A DNA stretch of 64,000 bases from Sedimentisphaerales bacterium (GTDB lineage: Bacteria; Planctomycetota; Phycisphaerae; Sedimentisphaerales; Anaerobacaceae): contig JAFGRL010000103.1 of the NCBI GenBank assembly GCA_016935195.1, forward strand, positions 3,519 to 67,518. The letters run 5' to 3'. Below the pieces are notes generated by a model. That model was not told the DNA's origin and did not search any database. It saw only the letters and a list, made by a program, of their open reading frames with translations. The first letter of the stretch is position 1. The number at the start of each line of letters is the position of its first letter. Shown here one piece after another: positions 26,712-36,178 of the stretch. The translations under genes were made by a program, and so were the position numbers.

Positions 26712-28159
26712 AAGGAAAAAGCACCAGGCTGGGCCGACCTTGTCTTATAACCAATAAAGTAAAGGAATCTTTCAGTATTCATTATTGGAACTGAAAGGCT
26801 CTTTGCCTGGTTTTGAGCGTCCTTATACGCTGAGAGCCTATCTAAAGAGGCCTCGTATTTATCCATCGCCATTGGGTCAACCTCCAGTTGTTCAAATGTA
26901 GGCCTTTTGAGGACCTCCGGCGCCGAGCCGAGGATAAGGAAATCCGTTTCAACCAAAACATTTTTTGGAACCTTACCTCCCCATTTCTCAATAAGTGTAA
27001 CTACCTTAGCCAATCCGTCCTGGTCGATATTACCATCACCATTGATATCGAAATCGCCGACAACAGCAAAGATATTCGTCTCTTCAGCATCCCAAATCAG
27101 ATTTGCAACAGCATCGCCAACGACAATGGGCCTTTTAATCTCGGAACGTACAATTCTTCCTGTAGATATATTTTCCTCGACATCAAATACTTCAACCTCG
27201 GCTTTACCTTTACCCTCTCTTGGGACAGGAAGATTCTTATCATAAACCGAAAATGTCAGCCCCTGATAAACATGCTCACGTCTGCCGATATTAAGGTGAA
27301 CAATTTTTGTCTGGTCATCCACCATAATAACCTTGCCATCCGGGTTAAAGGCCTTGGCCTCGCTGTCAGGCAGGGGTTTGATAGCCTCGATATCCTTTTG
27401 GAGGTGTTGTATCCTGTTTTCGGCTATTCTTAATTCTGCATTTCTTTTCAACAGGTCCTGATTCACTCTGCTACTCTCAGCCCTTTGCTGCTCCAATTGG
27501 CCGACAAGGGTCTGTACCTGCTGCTCTGTGGTCTTTTCCAACAGGCTCTTGAGGTCGTTATAGTCCTGAGAAATCTCGTTAACCAACTGCTGATATTGGT
27601 CCTTTTCTGCAAGAAGTTTTTGTTCCTTTTCAAAGCTTGCGCTCATAGCATCATTAAATCGGTTTTGCAAATCACCCAACTGGCTTTGGACGGTTACAAC
27701 TTCCTCTTCAGTCTTCTGCAGCTTTGCGTTGAGATTTTCGATTATCCTTACCAGGCCTGTGGTGTTTGGGTCAGCGGTTGTAATATCACTGTACTTAACC
27801 GCCAAGGTATCTATTATCGTTTTAACCTCTCTGCCGGCGGTATCAACTTTTACCTCGGCGGAGGTCTGCTCAGGCATCCCACCAATCACAAGGTAAACCA
27901 TCTGGTCAATATAGGAAAGCGCTTTGCCCAGATAAGTTTCACGGCTCTGCTTTGATCCGACAAGTGAGCCCCGTTTTGTCCACTCCTGGCTTGTAGCCAA
28001 TTCCTGCTTCTGCTCACCAAGGCTAATTGTCTCTTTCCTTTGCTCCTCGAACTTAAGATAAAAAACAACTGCCGCTACTGTTGCAGCTATAAAAAGTCCT
28101 GCAAAGGTTATCACAGTATAAAGCATCGCATTGTCGCCTCTTCTTTTGCCTATTGGCAT
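26708..28159 (-). CDS. Signal-anchored coiled-coil hypothetical protein
   Basis: A 483-aa ORF with one N-terminal TM (LYTVITFAGLFIAATVAAVVFYL), a long Q/E/L-rich coiled coil, and a globular C-terminus of unknown family. Confidence 0.55.
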   Translation of the reverse strand: MPIGKRRGDNAMLYTVITFAGLFIAATVAAVVFYLKFEEQRKETISLGEQKQELATSQEWTKRGSLVGSKQSRETYLGKALSYIDQMVYLVIGGMPEQTSAEVKVDTAGREVKTIIDTLAVKYSDITTADPNTTGLVRIIENLNAKLQKTEEEVVTVQSQLGDLQNRFNDAMSASFEKEQKLLAEKDQYQQLVNEISQDYNDLKSLLEKTTEQQVQTLVGQLEQQRAESSRVNQDLLKRNAELRIAENRIQHLQKDIEAIKPLPDSEAKAFNPDGKVIMVDDQTKIVHLNIGRREHVYQGLTFSVYDKNLPVPREGKGKAEVEVFDVEENISTGRIVRSEIKRPIVVGDAVANLIWDAEETNIFAVVGDFDINGDGNIDQDGLAKVVTLIEKWGGKVPKNVLVETDFLILGSAPEVLKRPTFEQLEVDPMAMDKYEASLDRLSAYKDAQNQAKSLSVPIMNTERFLYFIGYKTRSAQPGAFSF

Positions 28160-28335
28160 ATCAAACTCCTTAGAATTGCGGAAAAATATTCAACTGAAGT
28201 AACTTAGATAATATATTATCGTCAGAAAAGCCTCTCAGGTCAACAAAAAAACGAATATCGGACGTTAATTCCCACAGACACCAATTCTTGAGGCATTATT
28301 AGGTTTGCTCTGGTTTAAGGTCCACAAAAGAGCGC

Positions 28336-29952
28336 CTACTTATCTTTCCCTGGTGCAGGATAGGCAGCTAAAACCGCTCCGTCTGCAAATTTCTGCAGCA
28401 TTTCCAGCCGGCAGAACTGCTGTAACTGAACCGGGTCGTAAAGATAAGTCCGGGGGTTTGGTATGAACCAAACTACGTATGTATCATCTTCGGATTCAAC
28501 TGCTGATATAAATCTCGATATATCGAGTCTGTGCTGATCAGCCTGGTCGGCATAAAAGCTCGGCAAAGCAGGCAACTGCTGCGAAGTATGTTGTGTCAGG
28601 ATATAAATGGGATTGGTGTCGTTAGAAAATATCCGGCCTGTCAAATTATGGGTCCTCATCCACGCAATTGTCTCTGATTCCTGCCAGCGTTTGCTGTTGA
28701 TTCCGCCTGCACCATCACGGATTGCTTTTTGGGCACCGGCCAAAACATAGCTGGTTCCTGTGACCAAACATAAACCCAAACCAATGCCGATGCCGACAGA
28801 CAGCCGGATAAATTTATTATGTATATTTTTATCTGATACTGCAACTCCTGGTTTTTCGAAAAGAACCAATGCGAATATGCCCAGAAATAACATCACTAAA
28901 GGACAATACAAGGGAACTAAAAGCCGGTCACTAAGAACATCCACTCGCACTCTTGTAACGGCTGATAGTATGCCGGAGGCGTAAAGGGCCATAAATATCA
29001 ACAATATCATCAGGGGGGAACTTGGCCAGTGCAGATTTCTTCTGCGCCCGTTGATGACAATCACCACAAAAGCTCCCATTATGAAAAGGCAAAATAAACA
29101 GAAGAATATCCACCCCGGAACACTGCTGACAATATGGTACGGCAGCAGCCAGCTCGCCAGGTCATTGCCTGCCAGGGTTATGTTTTCAGAGATAGCCAGC
29201 TTTGACGGATACCTTGAGCCCATTAATGTGCCCGTGAGAAGCTGATTCCTCAACAGCCACAAGGCAAGGGGGAACAAAGAAAGAGCTGACCAGAGAATTG
29301 CAAAAACTACTCGCTTCAGTAAGGCCTGTTGCTTATTGAAGATAATTACAAATCCCCCCACAGCAATTGTAACTACACCTATGTAGCGTGTAAGACAGAC
29401 AGCGGCAGTTACCATAGACAGCATCAAGCAGCGCCGAAGCGTCGGCCTCTCAGCAAAAGCTGATAAAGCAAAGAAGAATCCTATTATCAGCAGGACAAAT
29501 ACCGGCTCGCTCCAGGCCCAGAGGGATACACCAAACAACGGTTTGGAGCAAAGAATACAGACAGAGCATACCATTGCCAAAAATAACGAGCCGCTTTGCT
29601 TTAGTAACCAAACTCCACAGAGCCAAATCGCTAATCCAAATGACAATGCTGAGAGGCAGCGTGCGGCAAAAAAAACTTCCACTCCACAGAGTTTCAATAG
29701 CGCCAATAGCAGAGGGTATAATGGCGGCCAGGATTCATAAACCGAGCCGTTCAATCGCAGGAAACCTTTGCCACCAAGCAGACTCTCAGCGGCAGCTGCA
29801 TACTCTACAGAATCAGGAGTAATCCCCGGCCCATACTTGCTCGTACATACAAAGATGAGCACGCATCCAGCCAAGCCTATCAAGCCCAGCAAAAGTATTT
29901 TTGCTTTACTGGAATGCTCAGACTTCAAAAGTTCCGTTTTGTGTATATCCAA
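28336..29952 (-). CDS. Polytopic membrane glycosyltransferase, GT39/GT83 (ArnT/PMT)-like
   Basis: About 12 predicted TM segments. The N-terminal loop PDSVEYAAAAESLLGGKGF resembles the D/E-containing first loop of ArnT-like lipid-linked sugar transferases. Confidence 0.55.
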   Translation of the reverse strand: MDIHKTELLKSEHSSKAKILLLGLIGLAGCVLIFVCTSKYGPGITPDSVEYAAAAESLLGGKGFLRLNGSVYESWPPLYPLLLALLKLCGVEVFFAARCLSALSFGLAIWLCGVWLLKQSGSLFLAMVCSVCILCSKPLFGVSLWAWSEPVFVLLIIGFFFALSAFAERPTLRRCLMLSMVTAAVCLTRYIGVVTIAVGGFVIIFNKQQALLKRVVFAILWSALSLFPLALWLLRNQLLTGTLMGSRYPSKLAISENITLAGNDLASWLLPYHIVSSVPGWIFFCLFCLFIMGAFVVIVINGRRRNLHWPSSPLMILLIFMALYASGILSAVTRVRVDVLSDRLLVPLYCPLVMLFLGIFALVLFEKPGVAVSDKNIHNKFIRLSVGIGIGLGLCLVTGTSYVLAGAQKAIRDGAGGINSKRWQESETIAWMRTHNLTGRIFSNDTNPIYILTQHTSQQLPALPSFYADQADQHRLDISRFISAVESEDDTYVVWFIPNPRTYLYDPVQLQQFCRLEMLQKFADGAVLAAYPAPGKDK

Positions 29953-30005
29953 GGTACAACTCTATAGATTGTAAGAAAATATCTGCTTATAAAAGAACCG
30001 AAGAC

Positions 30006-31115
30006 TCAATATTTTTCAAAAAGCTGTCCCCACGAAGTCTTCATAAATTTGCGTATTTTTTGTCTGCCGATTAGTGGGTACCAAAGAAAATCATGATATA
30101 AATTCGAGGCAAAAGGGGCCCAGACCACTAAAGGTGTATGCAGAAGCGGCTTTTCCAGAAATTTCAAAAAGCCTTTCCTTAACATTTGGTCTCCCCAGAT
30201 AACAAAGCTCCGTCTTGTAGTAAATCCGAAATTTACATCAGATATATCTTCCCCGATGATATCTATGTTCCGAATATCTCCCGCTCCAAGCCCTTTCTCA
30301 TCGCACATTCGAATGTAGGGAATTTCCATAGGTTCGTATCCCATCATCTTCGCTGCCACAGCATCAATAGCCACAGAGTCGGCACTTGCCAGCACAAAGT
30401 TTTTAATCTTCGGTATCATTGTTCTGGGACCTGCGCCGTCGCCACAAACTGTTGCATCCATAACTGCAAAAATCCCCGGATGAAGTTCTTTTTGCATAAT
30501 CATTAAATCAACCAGTACTTCATGTATATACTTGTGCGCATAATGCCGCACTTCTTTAAGCAGCCCTCCGAACGAATTCTTAATCGCACCTGTTGTTACT
30601 GAATGTCCGTGAGTTTTTAGAGTCGGCAGATGAATTACATTCCTGCCGATAAACATTTCCGGAATCTCAATGCCGTCCGGGAAAATCTCGTTGAGCTTCA
30701 AAAGCGGCTGCTTAAATTCGTATTTTACCCAATCAACTCCTGTCAGAGGGGTAAAACCCAAACCATATTTATTCAATATCGGCATCCATTTGTTATTCTG
30801 TGCACCCTTAACCGGATTTGTAACAACGGTTTTATTTTCAACCGGCAAAAGTTTATCTTTGGCGAAACCGTCTGCCAAAAGGGTTTTCACCACAGCTTCA
30901 ACCTGCCAGGGCTGCGACGAACAGGCAGGGAAATATTTAGTCCAGGATAGATTCAGTTTTATTAACGTCCCCACATCCCTGGAAATGTACCTGTCATATT
31001 CAGCAAGGTGCATCAATTCCTTATATGTTTCAAGAACACTCTGCGGTGTGGTACGCAGTACCGCGACTTTGGATTTATTTTGCTGTTGATTCATAGCAGG
31101 ATTGAGTCCTTTCAT
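30006..31115 (-). CDS. DUF362-domain protein
   Basis: VAVLRT...LKLNLSW...LPTLKTHGHSVTTGAIKNSFG..DG matches the DUF362 pattern. The start may be the internal ATG at 31094. Confidence 0.6.
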   Translation of the reverse strand: MKGLNPAMNQQQNKSKVAVLRTTPQSVLETYKELMHLAEYDRYISRDVGTLIKLNLSWTKYFPACSSQPWQVEAVVKTLLADGFAKDKLLPVENKTVVTNPVKGAQNNKWMPILNKYGLGFTPLTGVDWVKYEFKQPLLKLNEIFPDGIEIPEMFIGRNVIHLPTLKTHGHSVTTGAIKNSFGGLLKEVRHYAHKYIHEVLVDLMIMQKELHPGIFAVMDATVCGDGAGPRTMIPKIKNFVLASADSVAIDAVAAKMMGYEPMEIPYIRMCDEKGLGAGDIRNIDIIGEDISDVNFGFTTRRSFVIWGDQMLRKGFLKFLEKPLLHTPLVVWAPFASNLYHDFLWYPLIGRQKIRKFMKTSWGQLFEKY

Positions 31116-31182
31116 AAATAACTCATTTGACTTATCATATATTATATACTACTGAATAAAATGTCAATGTCAGGACAAGCCA

Positions 31183-31914
31183 ATGCCAAAAGAACGATTG
31201 CAAAAGATATTAGCTGCAGCAGGTCTGGGCTCACGTAGAAATTGTGAGAAACTTATACTCCAAGGCCTTGTAAAGGTAAACGGAAAGCTTGTTAACGAGC
31301 TGCCGGCCTTTGCCGATTCCGACGTGGATATGATAACGCTGGACAATAAGAAGGTCGCTCCAGGAAAAAAAGCTTACTTTATTTTGAATAAACCCAAGGG
31401 TGTAATTTGTACAAGCCGGGACCCTCAAGGCAGAAAAAAAGCCATCGATTTAATCCCGTTTAATCAGCGTCTCTTTTGCGTCGGCAGACTCGATGCCGAG
31501 ACTACCGGTATTTTACTGCTTACCAACGACGGGCAATTAGCAAATAAACTGACTCACCCACGCTATGGAGTAGCCAAAACTTACGTCGCCAACATCAAAG
31601 GCCGGATCTCTACCGAAGCAATCGAGAGGCTCAAGAAGGGAGTATGGCTGGCCGAAGGCAAAACCAGCAGAGCTTCAGTTAAAATATTAAGACGCAGCTA
31701 CAAGGAATCTCTTTTAGAAATAACCCTAAAAGAGGGACGTAACCGAGAGATACGCCGGCTCTTAGCTAAAGTAGGCTATCCTATCAAAGCACTAAAGAGA
31801 ACACATATTGGCAGATTAAACCTAAGAGGTCTTGGTATAGGTAAATTTCGCAAACTGAACGAATCAGAAATCAGGTACCTGCAAAATCTCACGGGCAAAG
31901 CACCGAAAAAATAA
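31183..31914 (+). CDS. rluB: Pseudouridine synthase, RsuA/RluB family
   Basis: S4 domain (RLQKILAAAGLGSRRNCEKLI..G.V.VNG) and catalytic GRLD motif (VGRLDAETTGILLLTNDG). Confidence 0.85.
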   Translation: MPKERLQKILAAAGLGSRRNCEKLILQGLVKVNGKLVNELPAFADSDVDMITLDNKKVAPGKKAYFILNKPKGVICTSRDPQGRKKAIDLIPFNQRLFCVGRLDAETTGILLLTNDGQLANKLTHPRYGVAKTYVANIKGRISTEAIERLKKGVWLAEGKTSRASVKILRRSYKESLLEITLKEGRNREIRRLLAKVGYPIKALKRTHIGRLNLRGLGIGKFRKLNESEIRYLQNLTGKAPKK

Positions 31915-32100
31915 CAAGACATAATACTACATCGCTGGTTATTGTTAAAAAATCAAAGATTAAAAAGCAAATATTAAATATACATATTCAAAACCGAAAA
32001 TCAATCATATGCGCAGGGGTTTGAGGGATGGATTTTGAAAAAGAATATGGGATTTGGGGGTAATTGGGACACAGATTTAGGAAGTGAAGTTGATTTGCAG

Positions 32101-32289
32101 GCTAAAAACGAGCAAAAGCGTCAATCAAAAGCGCTGCATGTTGAAAAAACGAGCAGAAAAGGGTATGACTATTTACAAAAATGACAAAGAAATTACAAAG
32201 AATGAACACTTTTTGAGCAAAAGTGAGCGTTTTTTGTACAACTATTTTCAGGTACCTGCGCTTTTGATCGATCAAAAGCGCAGGGGGTG
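32101..32289 (-). repeat. Copy Y of the ~180-bp dispersed repeat (inverted relative to 22109-22281)
   Basis: See copy X. It carries several ATCAAAAGCGC half-sites. Confidence 0.75.
32255..32284. repeat. Perfect 30-bp palindrome CCTGCGCTTTTGATC|GATCAAAAGCGCAGG
   Basis: I checked base by base that the reverse complement equals the sequence itself. The centre is GATCGATC. Confidence 0.9.
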
Positions 32290-32469
32290 TATAGCAAGGG
32301 GAAATTAAAAATCAAAATGCAAAATGTAAAGTTACAGATTAAAATTCAAAGGCTGATCATTCGACTTTGCTCCCTCCTTCGCTAAAGCTTCGGCGTGCAG
32401 GCAAGGACAGGATTCGGCGTTCGGGGGTTGGGGATAGGAACTAATGGACGGCGTATAGCGTGGAACTAT

Positions 32470-33954
32470 TTACTTAGGCTTGTTAACTACAATCTTATCA
32501 ATTTTAAACTTTCCCATTGTTGTAACAAGGTTTAAGAAGTGCTTGGGATCACCATTGCCTATGGCTAGAATGATGTGGCCAGGGCCATAACCTTTCAAGC
32601 CGGCGTTTTTGAAAGCTGGATCGAGGCCGATCCATTTTTGGCCTATATACACCTGCACCCATGCATGACCGCCGAAACGGTCCTTTAAGCCAGCAAAATC
32701 CTTTACGTAAGCAATTCCTACGACCATCTGGGCGGGGATTCCTACGGCGCGGCACATTGCTGTGGTCAATACGGCAAACTCACTACAGTCGCCCTGTCTG
32801 CTGTTTGCAACCTCGAGGGCTGAGGCGTAACCAACAGAAAGGGTCGCACGATTGATGTATTCGGCGACAAACGATTCTATCCTGCAGGCGGCTTCGGCAG
32901 CGTCTTTGGTGTCACCGACGGCCTGAGTGGCGAGGTCGATTATTTTCTTTTCGTTACTTTGAATAAAAGGTGTAGGCTTCAAGGCCTCAAGGATTACCTG
33001 GTCGTTACCACTATAAGGGAAGCTCGCACCTTTGGGAGGCTCAACAGGTTTGACAGTGACAATTACACTTCCGTTCTTAAGGTGGCGTACTTTCTGGTTA
33101 TCATTAAAAGGTATATTCAATGTGTTCCCAGTTTGGGTAGGGGCCAAATCGTAGGTGATTGAGCCTGATGGGTCTATATTGCCTAAGGATACAGGGCTGG
33201 CTAAGAACATTTTGTCAAGTAAATCAAAAACATCATTGTTGCCGAGTGCGAAATTTTTGTGGCAGGCGACCACTTCGATCTGTATTCCCATAAGAGGCAC
33301 AATATTTTTTTGGACTCGGAGGTTTTCATCGACATAGCTGGTGCTGACGATTTGACCGGTCCCCGGCATATTCTGTTTAGAGACAACTTCCGTTAAAGCG
33401 ACAACGCGACCTAACAGGTCGACATTCTGTTTTGGCCCGACAGTTATTTGTGTATCAAGAGCCTGAAGGACTGCGGGGTTGAATGGGGAGGCGGTATAGG
33501 TGGTGCCTTGCTTAAGGCCTTTTTTTAGCGCCAAGAGACGCAGGCCTTCAGCCATTTTGGCGTCTTTCGGCCATTCAAAAGAGCTCTTCTGCTCAGCACC
33601 CATCGAGGTAGTCGTAAGACTAACCGTTTGGTCTTTGTTTACTATGCCTGCAATTTTCGTCACCATTCCACTGACTTCCCGGATCGTTTCGAAGCCCAGC
33701 GGCTTGCCGTCAGTTGTCTCAATAAAGGTTGCTGTCATGTTCATATTCATAGCGGTGCCGACGCGACTGATAGTGATGCTGACCTTTTCTGTAGTTGTGA
33801 CTTTATCGGCGGCTACTACGCGGCTTTGTATGGAATGGCCAACTTTTTTGCCTTCCATGAAGACAGCGAAATACTCTGTTTCTGTCAGTTCAGGCTCTGT
33901 TGCGTGGGCAGCGATGAGCATTAAACTGAAAGTGAAGAGATACAAAACCTTCAT
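32470..33954 (-). CDS. Secreted transglutaminase-like cysteine protease-fold protein
   Basis: The signal peptide MKVLYLFTFSLMLIAAHA starts at the ATG at 33954. The transglutaminase core is GDCSEFAVLTTAMCRAVGIPAQMV...GGHAWVQVY...GLDP (Cys-His-Asp). Confidence 0.75.
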   Translation of the reverse strand: MKVLYLFTFSLMLIAAHATEPELTETEYFAVFMEGKKVGHSIQSRVVAADKVTTTEKVSITISRVGTAMNMNMTATFIETTDGKPLGFETIREVSGMVTKIAGIVNKDQTVSLTTTSMGAEQKSSFEWPKDAKMAEGLRLLALKKGLKQGTTYTASPFNPAVLQALDTQITVGPKQNVDLLGRVVALTEVVSKQNMPGTGQIVSTSYVDENLRVQKNIVPLMGIQIEVVACHKNFALGNNDVFDLLDKMFLASPVSLGNIDPSGSITYDLAPTQTGNTLNIPFNDNQKVRHLKNGSVIVTVKPVEPPKGASFPYSGNDQVILEALKPTPFIQSNEKKIIDLATQAVGDTKDAAEAACRIESFVAEYINRATLSVGYASALEVANSRQGDCSEFAVLTTAMCRAVGIPAQMVVGIAYVKDFAGLKDRFGGHAWVQVYIGQKWIGLDPAFKNAGLKGYGPGHIILAIGNGDPKHFLNLVTTMGKFKIDKIVVNKPK

Positions 33955-34015
33955 AATCGGTTTCCTTTCAGAACTATTGCCGCTGGATTCCGTAAGAGAC
34001 TTAATATCAGCCAGT

Positions 34016-34254
34016 TTCAATGGGGACCGGTTTCAAACTTGATAAGGTCGCTGATAACTTTTTCATATATTTCTCTGTCTTTGATAAATTCAGCCATATG
34101 GGTAATTACCTATATCTTATTTGCCAGCCGCCGTGTGCATAGGAGTCGAAAAGGACTATCATTTGCACGTCCGGGATTTTCTCAAGGATAATATCCTTTA
34201 TCACTTCCAGCTCGTCTCGTTTGCGTTTCGGCAGATATGCAAGTGATTTTTTCA
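34016..34254 (-). pseudogene. Truncated or frameshifted nucleotidyltransferase (MNT-type, partner of HEPN) remnant
   Basis: MKKSLAYLPKRKRDELEVIKDIILEKIPDVQMIVLFDSYAHGGWQIRYR* (34105-34254). It stops right after the LFGSYARG-like box and lacks the acidic catalytic motif. A 26-codon leftover ORF follows in another frame. Confidence 0.55.
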
Positions 34255-34403
34255 TGCGAATATTATGGATGGTTGTTAGCGAGTAGTAAAGTAGAAAATG
34301 AATAATAACAAATTAACAGATTCCTCGACAAGGTCGGAATGACAATTTCAATGGTTTTTAAGAAAAATAATAACCGTTCACAGGTGTAAACCTCGTTTTT
34401 TTA

Positions 34404-34495
34404 TCATTGCGAGGAGTTTACGACGAAGCAATCTCTACTTATCAACCGTTGAGATTGCTGCGCCCTGCACCATACGGTACAGGGCTGGCAATGAC
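34404..34495. repeat. Two copies (one reversed) of the GAGATTGC...GCAATGAC hairpin repeat
   Basis: 34404-34435 reads tcattgcgaggagtttacgacgaagcaatctc (reverse orientation). 34451-34495 reads gagattgctgcgccctgcaccatacggtacagggctggcaatgac. Confidence 0.75.
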
Positions 34496-34616
34496 ATAAA
34501 ATGCACATTTTATCTGTGAATGCTTACCGAAAATGTAAGTTGCGCTGTAATATTAATCTAATAAATGTTGCTCAACACTTAATGTAACAGAGGTTCCTGT
34601 TGCTATAAAGCAACAA

Positions 34617-35027
34617 TTAGTATCTATTCTTAGATTCAAGGAAGGTCTGGAGAATTTCTGCTGCAGCAACTGCATCCAGACGCTTTTTTTTCTTTTTTGG
34701 CTTTAGATTTGCGGCGTTGAGTTTCTCTTCTGCGCTGAAGCTGCTTAGCCGTTCATCCTGAAGGTGAATCGGAATGTGCAGTTTGTGTTTTAATTGCTCA
34801 GCAAAGCTTAGAATGATTTTGGCTTGGGGCCCATAAGAGTCATCCATATTCAAAGGTAATCCGAGAACTACCGAATCGACTTGCTCCTCTTTCACTACCT
34901 CTATGATTTTCGATATCAAGTGTTTCTGCTTCTCTAAAACCATAAGAGGCGAGATGACAGTTTCACTGAAATCGCAGATTGCAAGCCCTGTTCGCTTTTT
35001 GCCATAGTCTATTGCCAGATATCTCAT
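34617..35027 (-). CDS. ruvX: Holliday-junction resolvase-like RNase H-fold protein RuvX (YqgF)
   Basis: MRYLAIDYGKKRTGLAICD is the YqgF signature. The protein is 136 aa. Confidence 0.85.
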   Translation of the reverse strand: MRYLAIDYGKKRTGLAICDFSETVISPLMVLEKQKHLISKIIEVVKEEQVDSVVLGLPLNMDDSYGPQAKIILSFAEQLKHKLHIPIHLQDERLSSFSAEEKLNAANLKPKKKKKRLDAVAAAEILQTFLESKNRY

Positions 35028-35039
35028 TAGTAAACGTTT

Positions 35040-36128
35040 TTAGAGGAACTTATCACGCCCGTTTTGCCTTATTTGCTCCAACAGTTCCTTTAGTCTTTGA
35101 GTTTGGTCTATGGGACAGACAAGGGTTGCGTCGGGACAGTGAACCACCAAAGCATCTCTTAAACCTATCGCTGCGATTAAATGTTCCTTCTGTTCTGTAA
35201 CTACGATGTTGTTTTTGCAGTCAAGAAGTTCGCTTGTTCCAGCAACCACGATATTGTTGTTTTTATCTGAGCTAATGATGTCTGCAAGGGCGGCAAATGA
35301 GCCTATATCCAACCACCGGCATTCCAATGTTATTGCATGCACGTTGCCGGCCTTCTCCATCACTGCAAAGTCTATGCTGGTTTTGGGAAGTTTGACAAAC
35401 CATTCCCTCAATGTTACCTGTTGATTTGGGCTGTCCCAATCGGTTTTGATTTTTTGTAAAGGTTCACCAGACTCTGGCAAAAACTTTTCGAGGTTAGATA
35501 AAATTGTTTTGGTTTTCCACACAAACATACCGGAATTCCAGAAGTACCGGCTGTTGTTTAGATATTCTTTGGCGGTTTCTTCGTCGGGTTTTTCCTTAAA
35601 GGCTTGTACCTTATGGACCTTGTTTTGGCAGTATGGATAGTTCTGGCCGTTAGCACATTTGATATAGCCGAGCTGAGTGCTGGCGAAGCTCGGCTTAACA
35701 CCAAAAGTAATCATACTGTCGGGATGGTTCTCAACAAAGCTCAAGCCATCCTTAAGGGCTTGCTGCAGTACTTCGGCAGGCTCGATAACCTGGTCGGCAG
35801 TAACCACAGCCATTGTGGCCTGGGGGTCATATTTCGTCAGGACAGTTGCTGCCAAACCGATAGCGCCTGCCGTATCACGAACGGCAGGCTCTGCAATTAC
35901 GTTGCCAAAGGGCAGATTCGGCAAGTTCTCACGTACACGGTCTGCGTAGTCGGCATTTGTAAGGACGATTATGTTTCTCGTATCGAATACAGGCAAAAGA
36001 CGTTGAAAACAATGCCACAAGAGTGTTTGGCCGCCAAGAAGTTTCAGAACCTGCTTGGGTCGTTTCAGCCTGCTCAAGGGCCACAACCTTTTTCCGCTGC
36101 CCCCTGCCATAATCACCGCATAATTCAT
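35040..36128 (-). CDS. Mannose-1-phosphate guanylyltransferase-like nucleotidyl transferase
   Basis: AVIMAGGSGKRLWPLSR..PKQ is the N-terminal NTP-transferase signature. There is no cupin/isomerase C-terminal domain. The likely start is the ATG at 36128. Confidence 0.75.
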   Translation of the reverse strand: MNYAVIMAGGSGKRLWPLSRLKRPKQVLKLLGGQTLLWHCFQRLLPVFDTRNIIVLTNADYADRVRENLPNLPFGNVIAEPAVRDTAGAIGLAATVLTKYDPQATMAVVTADQVIEPAEVLQQALKDGLSFVENHPDSMITFGVKPSFASTQLGYIKCANGQNYPYCQNKVHKVQAFKEKPDEETAKEYLNNSRYFWNSGMFVWKTKTILSNLEKFLPESGEPLQKIKTDWDSPNQQVTLREWFVKLPKTSIDFAVMEKAGNVHAITLECRWLDIGSFAALADIISSDKNNNIVVAGTSELLDCKNNIVVTEQKEHLIAAIGLRDALVVHCPDATLVCPIDQTQRLKELLEQIRQNGRDKFL

Positions 36129-36178
36129 AAGGCAAAAATCCAACAATATAATTTAAGCTGTGAGCCTTATTAAATCTA

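Noticed and set aside
26708-27100. BRCT-like domain at the C-terminus of the coiled-coil membrane protein
   Set aside because: The only support is a weak resemblance (TDFLILGSAPE). That is not enough to name a domain without a profile search.
32084-32308. 74-aa plus-strand ORF
   Set aside because: It lies wholly inside copy Y of the dispersed repeat. The homologous copy X has no equivalent open frame, and the sequence is Lys-rich and low-complexity.
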